Under the pieces are notes generated by a model that did no database searches, was not told the origin of the DNA, and saw only the letters and a program-made list of their open reading frames with translations. From a virus (Duplodnaviria; Caudoviricetes), in IMG/VR virus record IMGVR_UViG_3300033752_000412, positions 1,502 through 65,501 of that record: DNA of 64,000 bases. One strand, 5' to 3'. The translations under genes were made by a program, and so were the position numbers. This document shows, in pieces, positions 51,781-61,297 of the stretch; position 1 is the first letter of the stretch; each line of letters starts with the position of its first letter.

Positions 51781-51808
51781 AAAAAACCGGCACGTCACGG
51801 GTGCCGGT
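51781..51808 (-). terminator. Intrinsic terminator upstream of scaffold
   Basis: ACCGGCAC/GTGCCGGT stem followed by TTTTTT on the - strand. Confidence 0.75.
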
Positions 51809-51837
51809 GGCCTGAAAGGAAAAGGGGTGGGCGGCGG

Positions 51838-52083
51838 CTACTCCTTGAGGGACCCGTCGGCGTTCCACGTGTCGGGGATCAGCGACATCAGCCCCAACGC
51901 CCGGGCCCGCTTGATGATGAACCTGCGCACCAGGCGCCGGCCGGCCTCGCCGCCCTTGGCCCGGCCAACCGCCCGGATCGCCCTCAACAGGTCTTCCCGG
52001 TTCCGGATCGGGAACTGGCCGCCCGGCAGCGCCTGGCCACGCTCCGCGGCCCGGCGCCGCTCGGCAGCGGTCAGATCAGCCAC
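51838..52083 (-). CDS. Stand-alone DUF6582-like domain protein
   Basis: ALP.G.FPI.N..DL..AI.A.GRA......RR.I.KRA.ALG....IP..W. Confidence 0.65.
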   Translation of the reverse strand: MADLTAAERRRAAERGQALPGGQFPIRNREDLLRAIRAVGRAKGGEAGRRLVRRFIIKRARALGLMSLIPDTWNADGSLKE

Positions 52084-52792
52084 GACCAACCCCCTTGCGC
52101 AGCGCGTGAACCTTCTCCACGTCGCCGGCCAGACCGTTGGCCAGCCAGCACTGCCAGGCCGCACCGTCGCGGGCGTGCTGGTCGCCGGAGTTGAACCGCC
52201 GGTACTGGTCGTCCCACTCGGCGCGGCCGGCGAACGGATGCATGTGCTCGATGTGGACGTCCGGCAGCCACCGCAGGCAGCCGGCCGCGTTGGCCAAGTC
52301 CATGACCGCGTTGTCCGAGTACAGGTGCTCCACCGGGGCGGGAACCATCCGGCCGAGTACGCGGACAATGTCGGCCGTCATCGCCCACTCGGTGCACAGG
52401 TGCCGCCCCTGGAAGCCGTCGTCGCCGTACACGACGCCGCTGCCCAGGTCGGCCAGCTCGTCCACGTACCGCCTGGCCCAGCCGACGGTGCGGGGCAGGT
52501 GGTCGTCGCCGGCGAAGCCCAACGCGAACCAGTCGCCGCGGCGGGCGCAGGTCACCGCCTCCCGGTTCAGCTTCGGCACCATCCGCGCGGGCGGGCCGGG
52601 CAGCACATGCAGCCCGTCCTGGCCCAGCTCGTCGGCCGCCTGCAGGTACGCGTCGAGCTGCGGGTCGTCGACGTCGACGGCGAACAGCAGCTCGGCGTGG
52701 TCGAACCCGCCGGTGTCCCGCCACGCCTGCACCACCGTGGGCAGGTTGTGGGGGCGACTGCGGGACGGGACGATGACAAGCAGGTCACGCAT
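52076..52792 (-). CDS. GT-A fold glycosyltransferase
   Basis: LLVIVPSRSRP, VD.DDP, FAGDD (DxD-like), YGDD, HLYSDN, IEHMHP. Confidence 0.8.
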   Translation of the reverse strand: MRDLLVIVPSRSRPHNLPTVVQAWRDTGGFDHAELLFAVDVDDPQLDAYLQAADELGQDGLHVLPGPPARMVPKLNREAVTCARRGDWFALGFAGDDHLPRTVGWARRYVDELADLGSGVVYGDDGFQGRHLCTEWAMTADIVRVLGRMVPAPVEHLYSDNAVMDLANAAGCLRWLPDVHIEHMHPFAGRAEWDDQYRRFNSGDQHARDGAAWQCWLANGLAGDVEKVHALRKGVGRG

Positions 52793-53546
52793 CGGTGCTG
52801 TCCGGCGGATCGTTCCCGCGCTGGCCTGCCGGGGCCGCCCCACCGCCGGTGGCCTGCCTGGCCGCCTGCTGCGCCCGGTACGTGTCCGCCCCGACGGCCA
52901 CGTCCTTGATGTGGCCGATGTGGACGCCCGTGTGCACGAAGATCGGGAAGCCGCGGTCGCGGGCGCGCAGGCAGAAGGTGAGGTCCTCGGACACCCGGCC
53001 GCCGGAGTTCTCCGTCTCCTGGAACCAGGGGAACACCTTCGAGTAGCCATGGTCCCGGACCGCTTCGAAGACCCGACGGTGCACCAGCAGGAACGCCGCC
53101 CCGGTGCCGTCGACCGGCATCAGCTGCCCTTCGGGCCAGTCGTAGTAGCGGTAGAACCGCCACTCGTCGCTGCCGGGCACCGCTTCCAGTTCGAACAGGG
53201 TGGGGAACACCGTCCCTGTCCGGGTTTCCCGGCCGAAGCACAGGCCGCCGACAATCGGCGCAGTGTCCGGGTCGGCCACGGCGAGGAGCCGGTGCAGAGC
53301 CTCCGGCGCCCACACCATGTCGGTGTCCACCATCCACAGCCAGTCCGCGGACGTGCTGGTCAGGAACCAGTTGACCAGCTGGTTCCGGGCGTCGGACACG
53401 TTGGCCGAGCTGACCACCCGCTGGAATCCGCCGATGCGGCCACCGCCCACTTCCTGGTCGAACCGCAGGGTCAGCAGCAGACAGTCGAGGAAGTCCCCGT
53501 CGACCAGCCGCGGCCGAACCCAGCCGACGATGACGTCCCCGCTCAC
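52785..53546 (-). CDS. GT-A fold glycosyltransferase
   Basis: ARN.LV..FL, WLWMVDTD (DxD), TGAAFLLVHR.VFE, SEDL.FC.RA, H.K. Confidence 0.85.
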   Translation of the reverse strand: MSGDVIVGWVRPRLVDGDFLDCLLLTLRFDQEVGGGRIGGFQRVVSSANVSDARNQLVNWFLTSTSADWLWMVDTDMVWAPEALHRLLAVADPDTAPIVGGLCFGRETRTGTVFPTLFELEAVPGSDEWRFYRYYDWPEGQLMPVDGTGAAFLLVHRRVFEAVRDHGYSKVFPWFQETENSGGRVSEDLTFCLRARDRGFPIFVHTGVHIGHIKDVAVGADTYRAQQAARQATGGGAAPAGQRGNDPPDSTDA

Positions 53547-54559
53547 GCCGTCACCGTCTCCGCATCCCAGGCGTTACGGACACGCTCCTCGTCGATCATG
53601 GACCTGATTCGCGCCCTCGCGAGGACCGGCCAGATTCCGGCGGCTACGGAAAAGTCGCTGACCTCCACAGCTGAGCCGTAGATGCGTCCGCGACCGCCCG
53701 GCTTGGTCGGGATGCCCGACTCGCTGGTCCAGTCCACGGACCACGACAGCCGCTTGCGACCCCGCCGCCGCCCGTACGTGACCCGCTGCAGTTGAAGCCG
53801 CAGCTCGTAGCGGTCGTCGGGCCCCATCCACAGCGTCTGCGGAACCGGGTCGCCGACGTTGGTGTAGTCGCACCGCCGCCGGCCGAGCAGGATGGTGCGC
53901 GGGTCGATCGGTGCCGACCCGTCCCGCAGCCGCTGCCGCAGGGAGGAAGGCGTGGTCCAGCCGCCGTAGCGGTCGGCCCACAGCCGCCACCAGAGACGGC
54001 CGTTGTGCGCGTCGACGGAGATCACCTTGGACTCGTAGCTGCCCCCGTTGAGCAAGCGCACGAGTCCCGACCCGAGCCGCCCGGTGTTCAGGTACAGCGA
54101 CCCCAGCCACGGCAGGTGCAGGTCGAGGCCGAGGCTGTTCTCCGAGCCGCGGTTGCCGACCTTGACCGTGAACCCGGCGTCGGGGTTCCGGCGGAACAGG
54201 ACGACCTGGCCGCTGAGTGCCCACGTCGGCCTGGCCGGCCACGGCCCGGGCAGCGTCCCGCCGGCGCCGCCCGGGCCGTCCCCCCACGGGCCGTCGTACC
54301 GGTCCCCCACGTTCCACACCGCCGGGTCGAGACTGCCCTGCGGCTTGGGCCGCTCCGCGCAGCGCCGGCACTCGACCCAGCGGGCGACCCGCAGGCCGGG
54401 CCCGGACGGGCCGACGCCGTCCACGATGGGCCGGTGCCCGAACAGCCGGCACCGCAGCAGTGGCCGGGGGATGCCGTGCAGCCAGAACCCGACCGACACC
54501 CGGCCGCCGGCGTGGTCCGCGCCGTCGACCTTGCGGTAGTTGACGGTGTGCCACTGCAT
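53543..54559 (-). CDS. Hypothetical Trp-rich protein
   Basis: TGATG-coupled start, GTGA-coupled end, 338 aa. Confidence 0.6.
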   Translation of the reverse strand: MQWHTVNYRKVDGADHAGGRVSVGFWLHGIPRPLLRCRLFGHRPIVDGVGPSGPGLRVARWVECRRCAERPKPQGSLDPAVWNVGDRYDGPWGDGPGGAGGTLPGPWPARPTWALSGQVVLFRRNPDAGFTVKVGNRGSENSLGLDLHLPWLGSLYLNTGRLGSGLVRLLNGGSYESKVISVDAHNGRLWWRLWADRYGGWTTPSSLRQRLRDGSAPIDPRTILLGRRRCDYTNVGDPVPQTLWMGPDDRYELRLQLQRVTYGRRRGRKRLSWSVDWTSESGIPTKPGGRGRIYGSAVEVSDFSVAAGIWPVLARARIRSMIDEERVRNAWDAETVTA

Positions 54560-54717
54560 CAGCCGGTCACCGCCGCCTCGTCGCCGGCCGCCGCCTCGAT
54601 GCGGGTGGTGGAGTCGTAGAAGTACTTCAACGTGGGTGGGCTCCAATTTCGGGGATGGTTGGGGATGTGTGAGGAGCCGACCGGCGCGCATCCCCACCGC
54701 GCCGGCCGACCCCCGTC

Positions 54718-55938
54718 TCAGGACGCTGCGGCAACCTCGGCGCGCAGCTTCTCGACCAGGCTCTCCTGGTACTGGATGGCCAGCCGCATCCGCTCGTCGC
54801 CGGCCTCCAACTGGCGGCGCATCCGCTCCAGCGACGCCTCCACCCGGGCCAGCCGCTGCGCCGGGTCCATGGCGGGCCGACGCGACGCGACCACGTCGCG
54901 GGCGCCACGCCGGCCGGGGGAGGGCCGGCTGGTCTTGGGCGCCTCGACGAGGATCGGACCAAGCTCGCCGTGCTCGCCGACGGCGACCCGCACCTTCTTC
55001 AGCTGCCGGCCCGCGGTGGACTGGCCACCCGGGCGGGCGGATGCGGCCCGGTACAGCTCGTCCAACTGGGCCGCGGTCAGGTTCAGCCCCGGGTCGTTGA
55101 AGGTGGTGACGGGCAGCACGTCGCAGCGGCAGTTGGCGTGGATGGGCTGCAGGTCTTCCCGGTGGTAGATGCGGTCCGCCGCCACAATGCACAGGCCGCA
55201 CACCGGCCCGCCGGTCTGCCGCTTGCCCTTGAGGATGCGCCGGTAGCCGATGACCCGCCCCGGGTCCTGCTGCCGCAGCACCCGGTTGGCCTGCGCCCGA
55301 TGCGCCAGGGTGATGTCCGTTTCGGCGATGGTCGCCGCCCGGGCCAGCGCATCCTCGGCCGCCTGGGTTTCGGCAATGCCCTCGGTGACCTCGAACCGGT
55401 ACTGGGCGGCCACCCGCGAGTACACGTTGACCGGGTTCTCCGGCTGGACCAGCCGCAGCTGGTCCTCCTCGGTCGCCTCCACCAGGGCGTCCTCACCCCG
55501 GTCGGGCTGCGGCTGCGGATCCGGCTCGTCCTGGTCGAAGAACCGGTCAATGTCCAACCGGCCCTCGGGTTCGAGGATCCGAAGCCGCGTGCTGAGCCGG
55601 TCCGCGACGGCCTCGTCCACCTTGCGCCGCAGCCGGGTGACGTCGACCGCCCCAACCGGCCGCACCGTACGGCCCAGCTGGATCGACAACGCCCGCGCCA
55701 GGTAGGCGTCGGTCACCTGCGCCATCCGCAGCTGGGCCGCCTGCACGACCCGCAGCGTCTCCAACGCGGTGACCACAACCTCGTCGGTGTCCCACCAGTT
55801 CCGGATCGACCGGAACGCGGCCGTCGCCGCCGCCACCGCGATCTGGGTCAGCTGCTCCCGAACCGCCTGCTGCGCCTCGATGAGCGCGGCCAGCTTGGCA
55901 ATCTCGGCCGCGGTCAGCCGCCCACTCGGGGTGGGCAT
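54718..55938 (-). CDS. MuF-like minor head protein
   Basis: GYRR.L......CGLC.VAADR.Y...DL.PIH.NCRC...P. Follows the portal gene. Confidence 0.85.
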   Translation of the reverse strand: MPTPSGRLTAAEIAKLAALIEAQQAVREQLTQIAVAAATAAFRSIRNWWDTDEVVVTALETLRVVQAAQLRMAQVTDAYLARALSIQLGRTVRPVGAVDVTRLRRKVDEAVADRLSTRLRILEPEGRLDIDRFFDQDEPDPQPQPDRGEDALVEATEEDQLRLVQPENPVNVYSRVAAQYRFEVTEGIAETQAAEDALARAATIAETDITLAHRAQANRVLRQQDPGRVIGYRRILKGKRQTGGPVCGLCIVAADRIYHREDLQPIHANCRCDVLPVTTFNDPGLNLTAAQLDELYRAASARPGGQSTAGRQLKKVRVAVGEHGELGPILVEAPKTSRPSPGRRGARDVVASRRPAMDPAQRLARVEASLERMRRQLEAGDERMRLAIQYQESLVEKLRAEVAAAS

Positions 55939-55939
55939 G

Positions 55940-57454
55940 TCAGCTCACCGGGCCAAGCTCGGCGGCGGCTTCGGTGGGAATGGGCGGCAGAACAGCGGCA
56001 CCGCCCGGCTGCTGCACCGGCTGGGCCGGCACCGCTCCGGCCGCCAGCACCGGCACCGCCGGCGGCTGCTGCTGGCCGGCGGTGGCGGCGGCGATCTGCG
56101 CCGCCAGCAACAGGTCGTCGGCCCGCTCCGACGCCATCCGGTCCACCTCGGACGGACTGAACCCCCAGATGCGGATCATCTTGGTCCGCCACGGCACATC
56201 CTGCGCCTTGCTGGCCGCGTCGGCCCGCTCCGCCAGCGACATCCACTCCGGGTTGGCCCACAGCGTCTCCAACCCCGCCAGGTCCGCCCGCCGCTCGTCG
56301 CCCATCTGCCGGAACGCCAGCGACATGACCTGCGCCCACGGATGCGAGGTGCGGGCGATCCGCATGCCGGTCTTCTTGACCAGGCCCTCCCGCTGCGCCG
56401 ACGCCCCCTGCGCGGACTGGTTCACCCCGGACGGCATCAGCATGTACAGCGGGGTGCGGGTCACCGCGGCGAACTCCTGCAGGTCGTCCTTGACCGCCGA
56501 CAGGATCGGCGTCAAATCGACCTGCCCGGACTCCCAGATCTCCGCCGACTCCGGCAGCTGCCACAGCGCCGCCGGGTCCAGGGTGAACATCTCCGAGTAG
56601 TCGATCTCCTGCCCGGCCCTCGGATGCCCCGCCGGATACGTCAGCGGCAACCCCTTGATCGCCCGCTGCCGGAACGCCTGCATCGTGGCGATCGTCATCC
56701 GCTGCAGGATCTGGTGGCTGATCCGATCCAGCACGTCGAGATGCTTCTCGAACTCGCCGCAGCCGTCCTTGTTCAGGAACCGAACCACCGGCATCTGGTC
56801 ATGCACCAGATCACCGGAGCGCTCCTCATCCCACTCCCACGCCTTCGGGGAGAAGTAGGCAACCCGGCCGCCGGTGGACTTGCCCATCCGCCGCGCCACC
56901 CGCACCCGCCCCGGCAGGTACAGGTACGCGAAGTCGACGTCCTCCTCGTCGTCGTGCTTAACCTTCAACGCCGCACGCAGGAAGTTCGGGTTCGTCTGGT
57001 CCGGGGCGCCGACCATCCACCGCGGATCCTCCGCCGTGATCACCGGCGCCTTGGTACGCGAATCGACCTCGCCGACGATCACGTACGCCTCGGACATCGT
57101 CAGCATCAGGTCATGCAGGTCGGCCGAGACCACACTCATCCCGGCCCGCTTCCAGATCGCCGCCGCCTCGGCGTCACCCGTCTCGTCGGAGTCCACCCCG
57201 GTCCGGAACCCGGTGACGATCATCCGCTCCGACACCGCAGACACCGCCAGCTCGGCAAAGTTCGCCCGCGCCTTCCGCTGGAACGCCCGATACGCCTCAG
57301 CCGCGTTGTCCGCACCCTCCGGCAGCCGCGGCCGACCCTGGTAGTACTCGTGCAGCAGGTCCAGCCGCTTACGCCGCTCGCGGTCGTTCAGCTTGTCGAA
57401 CAGCCGCTTCATCCACCAGCCGTCGGAGCGGGGCTGGTCCACGTCGATCGGCAC
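55940..57454 (-). CDS. Portal protein (SPP1 gp6-like)
   Basis: YY.G..RLP, NFA.L.V....ER..V.GFR, PVV.F.N..G.GEFE, D.I, AFRQRAIKG, W.NP. Confidence 0.95.
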   Translation of the reverse strand: MPIDVDQPRSDGWWMKRLFDKLNDRERRKRLDLLHEYYQGRPRLPEGADNAAEAYRAFQRKARANFAELAVSAVSERMIVTGFRTGVDSDETGDAEAAAIWKRAGMSVVSADLHDLMLTMSEAYVIVGEVDSRTKAPVITAEDPRWMVGAPDQTNPNFLRAALKVKHDDEEDVDFAYLYLPGRVRVARRMGKSTGGRVAYFSPKAWEWDEERSGDLVHDQMPVVRFLNKDGCGEFEKHLDVLDRISHQILQRMTIATMQAFRQRAIKGLPLTYPAGHPRAGQEIDYSEMFTLDPAALWQLPESAEIWESGQVDLTPILSAVKDDLQEFAAVTRTPLYMLMPSGVNQSAQGASAQREGLVKKTGMRIARTSHPWAQVMSLAFRQMGDERRADLAGLETLWANPEWMSLAERADAASKAQDVPWRTKMIRIWGFSPSEVDRMASERADDLLLAAQIAAATAGQQQPPAVPVLAAGAVPAQPVQQPGGAAVLPPIPTEAAAELGPVS

Positions 57455-57469
57455 GTCCGCACCGCCCCT

Positions 57470-57910
57470 CTACGTCGCCGGCGCGGTCCTGTACGCCGGT
57501 TCGACGAGGACCCCGAACGGGCCAGCGGTCACCTTCACGGCCATGCCGCCGCTGAGCCGCCCCCAGTCGACGGACAGCCCCACGTGCCGCCAGTTCCGCC
57601 ACGTCGACACGGTCCGGCCACCCACCTGCCGGCGAACCACCGTCGACTTCGGACGCTCCCAGCCCGCCGCTGCGCGCCGCGACGCCCGCGCGGACGGGGC
57701 AGCCATGACGTGCAGCGCCAGCGGGCCCAGCCACAGGTCCGCGTACCGGCCATCACCGTCGGACACCCAATCCACGGACGCCCCGAAGTGCTGCCAGTCC
57801 ACACCCGTACTCACTGCGACCGTGCACGCGTACTCCCGCGTCGGCGGACCGAAACACCAGGTACGCCAGCCCCACAGCCGCTCAACAGCCCGGCGCAACA
57901 ATCCGGACAA
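57470..57910 (-). CDS. Hypothetical protein with internal duplicated motif
   Basis: GGAGG then TTG. STGVDWQHFGASVDW repeated as STWRNWRHVGLSVDW. Confidence 0.5.
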   Translation of the reverse strand: MSGLLRRAVERLWGWRTWCFGPPTREYACTVAVSTGVDWQHFGASVDWVSDGDGRYADLWLGPLALHVMAAPSARASRRAAAGWERPKSTVVRRQVGGRTVSTWRNWRHVGLSVDWGRLSGGMAVKVTAGPFGVLVEPAYRTAPAT

Positions 57911-57927
57911 CAGCACCTCCGGACAGT

Positions 57928-59646
57928 TCAGCGCAGCCGCTTCGGCAGGTAGCTCACCTTCTGTCTCGGCTTGGCACCCGCGGCGACCGCGTCGCCGCGC
58001 GCCTCCCACGCCAGAACCGCCGCCACCAGGGCGTCGATCTTTTCCGGCGACTTCGCGTAGGGCTTGCGGACCCGCAGATGATCCCCGACCTTGGTGGTCT
58101 CGGCGATGGCGTTGAGCACGTGCTCTTTCAGGATGGTCGCCATCGCGGCCTCGTGGCCGGTGCGGTCCTCCGCCGGCGTGTACGACAGCGCCTTCGACCG
58201 CACCGCGTCGCGGAACCGCTTCAACGCCTCCGACATCGGCTTGGGCCGGTTCGTCCACCACTCAAGCGGACGCACCCGGGACGCCTTCACCTGCATCTTG
58301 TCGCCGTAGTCGCGGCTCCACGCGTTGACGAACTCGCGCCAGTGCGGCGGGTCGCAGTAGAACGCGGCAACATCGAACCGTTCCATCGCCGCGGTCACCG
58401 CGTCGTCCACGGCGTCGGTGTCCACCTGCCAGTCGTCGCCGGCGTCCTCCGGCTTCTCCCAGCAGTCCAGCAGCTCCAGATGCCCGTCCTCGACGCGGCA
58501 CGCCACCAGCGCGGTCGAGTCCGCATCCGGGCCACCGATCGACCCGTCGAAACCCAACGTGACGAAGTCGCCGTCGCGCAGCGCCCGGTCCGGGCGCCGG
58601 CAGTCTTCCCACTCGGGTGCCTTCAGGTAGGCGTTTGCCCGACCCGATCGGGCGTTGAGGTAGTACCGCCGCGTGTCGTTGATGTTCTTACGCGGGTCGT
58701 AGAACTCGTCGACGATGCCGTCCAGGTCGTTCCAGGCGATGGCGTCGCCGAACGCGTCCAGGATCGCCGCGCGCAGCTTTTCCTCGTCCGCCAGGTCCTC
58801 GTCGGCGCACACACCCCAGCGGTGGTCGTACAGCAGCCGCGACCGGCGGGTACGGCCCTTGAGGATGTTCTCGGCGAGCTCGTACGTCCGCTCCGCGACC
58901 GAGTCCTCACCGGCGGCGAACATGGTAGTCGTTTCCAAGTACCAGGTGCCGCCCGCGGTCTTCTTCCGCTTCCGCAGGTTACGGGTGACCGTGTTGTACA
59001 TGTCCCGCAGCTCGCGGGTCTTGTACAGGTGGGTCTCGTCGAAGCAGGCGAACGTCTCCAGCCCGCCGTCCTTGCTCGCCGCCGCCGCGGTGCTCGGCCG
59101 GATCTCCCCACCGAACGGCAACACCACCCGCGTCAACCCGGCGTCCAACCCGGGAATCTTCGACAGCGGGCAACGGTCGTCGGTCAGGTTGAAGTAGATC
59201 GAGTCGTAGACGTTGCCGCTCTGCTCCTCTTCGGTGGCCAGCACCCGGATGAACGGGTCCACCACATGCCGGCCCATCGGCTCGCCGGGCGAGTACACGT
59301 ACCGGAACCCGAGCCCCCACGGGTCCTCGTACACCTCGCCACCCTCGGCGAAGCCGGCGAACCGGCACGGCCCGAACGCCTCGAACAGGCAGAACCGCGA
59401 ACCGTGCCCGGACTTGTCGCACCCCTTCGGCCGCGACAGGAACGCCGAGTCGTACGCCATCCGCCCGTTGGGCAGCACCGCGTAGGCGTCGACCACGAAC
59501 CCGGCGTACTCGTCACCCAGATGAACCTTCTCGCCCTGCACGTCACCGCGGCCGTGCCGACAGAAGAACTCCATCCACTCGACGGCCAGCCACCCCAGCG
59601 ACCGGTGACGGTTCGTGCCAGGAGCGCGCACCAGCGTGCGCGGCAC
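57928..59646 (-). CDS. terL: Terminase large subunit
   Basis: Walker A RPKGCDKSG, Walker B FACFDETH, RNase-H-like LGFDGS..DSTAL and KIDALVA. Confidence 0.96.
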   Translation of the reverse strand: MPRTLVRAPGTNRHRSLGWLAVEWMEFFCRHGRGDVQGEKVHLGDEYAGFVVDAYAVLPNGRMAYDSAFLSRPKGCDKSGHGSRFCLFEAFGPCRFAGFAEGGEVYEDPWGLGFRYVYSPGEPMGRHVVDPFIRVLATEEEQSGNVYDSIYFNLTDDRCPLSKIPGLDAGLTRVVLPFGGEIRPSTAAAASKDGGLETFACFDETHLYKTRELRDMYNTVTRNLRKRKKTAGGTWYLETTTMFAAGEDSVAERTYELAENILKGRTRRSRLLYDHRWGVCADEDLADEEKLRAAILDAFGDAIAWNDLDGIVDEFYDPRKNINDTRRYYLNARSGRANAYLKAPEWEDCRRPDRALRDGDFVTLGFDGSIGGPDADSTALVACRVEDGHLELLDCWEKPEDAGDDWQVDTDAVDDAVTAAMERFDVAAFYCDPPHWREFVNAWSRDYGDKMQVKASRVRPLEWWTNRPKPMSEALKRFRDAVRSKALSYTPAEDRTGHEAAMATILKEHVLNAIAETTKVGDHLRVRKPYAKSPEKIDALVAAVLAWEARGDAVAAGAKPRQKVSYLPKRLR

Positions 59647-59649
59647 CGC

Positions 59650-60099
59650 TCAGCCCGCTTCTGCGATCCGCCGGCGCCGCTCCTGCATCGACACCACGTT
59701 CCCCTGCCCGGCGGCCTGCTGCTGCGACGCCTTCTCCTCGGCCTTCTCCGCCGGCACGTACCGGATACGCAGCTTCCGCCGCGCCTCCACCGTGGTGCCC
59801 ATCTGATCCTCACGGCGGCGGATCTCGGTCGACTTCGTCGAGTGCACCACCCCGCCGAAGTACTCCAGCCACCAGTCCTGCTTCATGTACGCCGTCTCGA
59901 TGGCGAACACCCAGTCGCTGGGCGACCAGAGCACACAGTGCGGCATCTGGACCAGCTGCTCCCACCAGGCTTCCACCTGCGGGAACCACTTCTGCTTGCC
60001 AGGCAGCTTCGGCAGCTTGGGATGCGGCCCGTCGTATGGCACGTCGGGCACGTCAATCCAGTCGGTCTTGGGATTACCGACAGGTCCGGGGCGAGCCAT
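59650..60099 (-). CDS. terS: Terminase small subunit
   Basis: W...PH...W...DW.FA..TA, EIRRRE..MG.T.EARR.LRI. Directly upstream of terL. Confidence 0.85.
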   Translation of the reverse strand: MARPGPVGNPKTDWIDVPDVPYDGPHPKLPKLPGKQKWFPQVEAWWEQLVQMPHCVLWSPSDWVFAIETAYMKQDWWLEYFGGVVHSTKSTEIRRREDQMGTTVEARRKLRIRYVPAEKAEEKASQQQAAGQGNVVSMQERRRRIAEAG

Positions 60100-60111
60100 C
60101 TCGATCACTTC

Positions 60112-60145
60112 TCCCATGTCGGGACGCCGGACACCCCATGGCGGG
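60112..60145 (-). promoter_or_regulatory. Leader motif shared with scaffold gene
   Basis: CCCGCCATGGG (60135-60145) then TCCCGACATGGGA (60112-60124). Confidence 0.6.
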
Positions 60146-60220
60146 AACACCCGACGATTCGTAACGCACAGTCACCAAGACCGGGTCTCGGCCCGGACTT
60201 GAAGATCACAAACGGCGAAT

Positions 60221-60604
60221 TCAGCTACCCTCAGTAGTCCTCAACGTGGCCGGCGGAGTCGGCTGATCATCCGGAACCTCACGAAGGTCCGGCGACTCGA
60301 CGACCAGGCACAACAGCAACGGTTCGTCCACCACGGACATCCGCACGATCCGCATCGACGGCGGCAACCCCAGCAGGTCGGCCAACTCCGGCGTGGAGAG
60401 CTCGAACCGGGCCCGCCGCGACGACACCTGCCGACCCCCCGACCGCAGCTCCGCGCACACCGCACAGTCCTGGTGCTTCTGCAGCACGTACGGCTGCCGC
60501 ATCACGTTTCGCCACGTCGCCACCGGGTCGGCCCGCATGTCCGTGTGCACCTCGTCCGGGTCAAACGGCGAGTACCGCTTCCCCTCCGGAACCGGCCCGC
60601 TCAT
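60221..60604 (-). CDS. Hypothetical protein
   Basis: ATGA coupling. Confidence 0.55.
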   Translation of the reverse strand: MSGPVPEGKRYSPFDPDEVHTDMRADPVATWRNVMRQPYVLQKHQDCAVCAELRSGGRQVSSRRARFELSTPELADLLGLPPSMRIVRMSVVDEPLLLCLVVESPDLREVPDDQPTPPATLRTTEGS

Positions 60605-60873
60605 CCCCGCAACGCCTTCGCCACACGGCGGATACCGTCCGCGTACGGCCGATCCAGCTCCTGAACCTCGGCCGATAGCTGCTCAAACGGAACGATGCTC
60701 GGATGCTCCGGCCGGGTCCGGTGCCTCCACAACGCCCAGGCGTCGTGCACATCGGCCAGGCTCGTCGCCTCACCCTTGACCAGTGCCAGCAGCGCATACA
60801 GCTGGACGAGCTCACTGTCCAGGTCGGGCAGCTCCGCAGAGACGCCGGCCAGCGCGTCGGCAACGTAGGTCAC
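60601..60873 (-). CDS. Small conserved actinophage protein
   Basis: LYALLAL.KG..T...DVHDAW..W...T.P.H.S.VPF..L..VQ.LD..Y. Confidence 0.7.
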   Translation of the reverse strand: MTYVADALAGVSAELPDLDSELVQLYALLALVKGEATSLADVHDAWALWRHRTRPEHPSIVPFEQLSAEVQELDRPYADGIRRVAKALRG

Positions 60874-61046
60874 CGGTCGCCCTCCCGAAACTCGCGCCCG
60901 TCCAACGAGTGGTGGGTAATCAGCCACCCCATCGACCCGTCGTCCCGCGGCACAGGCTCGATCCGGGGCCCGCACACGCAGCCGTCGCCGTCGGTGTCGT
61001 GGCAGACCAGGTCGCCAAGCGGGTACACATGCACCGCGCCGGTCAC
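60870..61046 (-). CDS. 58-aa His/Cys-rich protein
   Basis: HVYPLGDL..H.....C.CGP..E.V...DGS.GW...HHSLDGRE. GTGA coupling at both ends. Confidence 0.65.
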   Translation of the reverse strand: MTGAVHVYPLGDLVCHDTDGDGCVCGPRIEPVPRDDGSMGWLITHHSLDGREFREGDR

Positions 61047-61285
61047 CGCTCGTCCGCCGCCGCGAAGTCGGCATGCATCCGGATCCGAGCCGCCTCAACG
61101 ATCCCGAGCGCGGTGTGCCACGGCATCGACCCGTGGGGGTAGATCGTCATGATGCCCGACGTGTCTTCCTCACCGTCGTGGCTGACGGTGGCGGCTATCG
61201 CAACCCATCCCGTCACGACACCGTCCACGCCGGACGACTTCGCGAACTCCCTGATCGCCTCGTCGATGGCGTCCTCGGCGCTCAC
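61043..61285 (-). CDS. Small hypothetical protein
   Basis: Coupled ORF. Confidence 0.6.
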   Translation of the reverse strand: MSAEDAIDEAIREFAKSSGVDGVVTGWVAIAATVSHDGEEDTSGIMTIYPHGSMPWHTALGIVEAARIRMHADFAAADER

Positions 61286-61297
61286 CCGCAACCCCCC

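Noticed and set aside
60115-60117. ATG 60117 as the terS start
   Set aside because: It lies inside the conserved TCCCGACATGGGA leader hairpin. ATG 60099 has the RBS.
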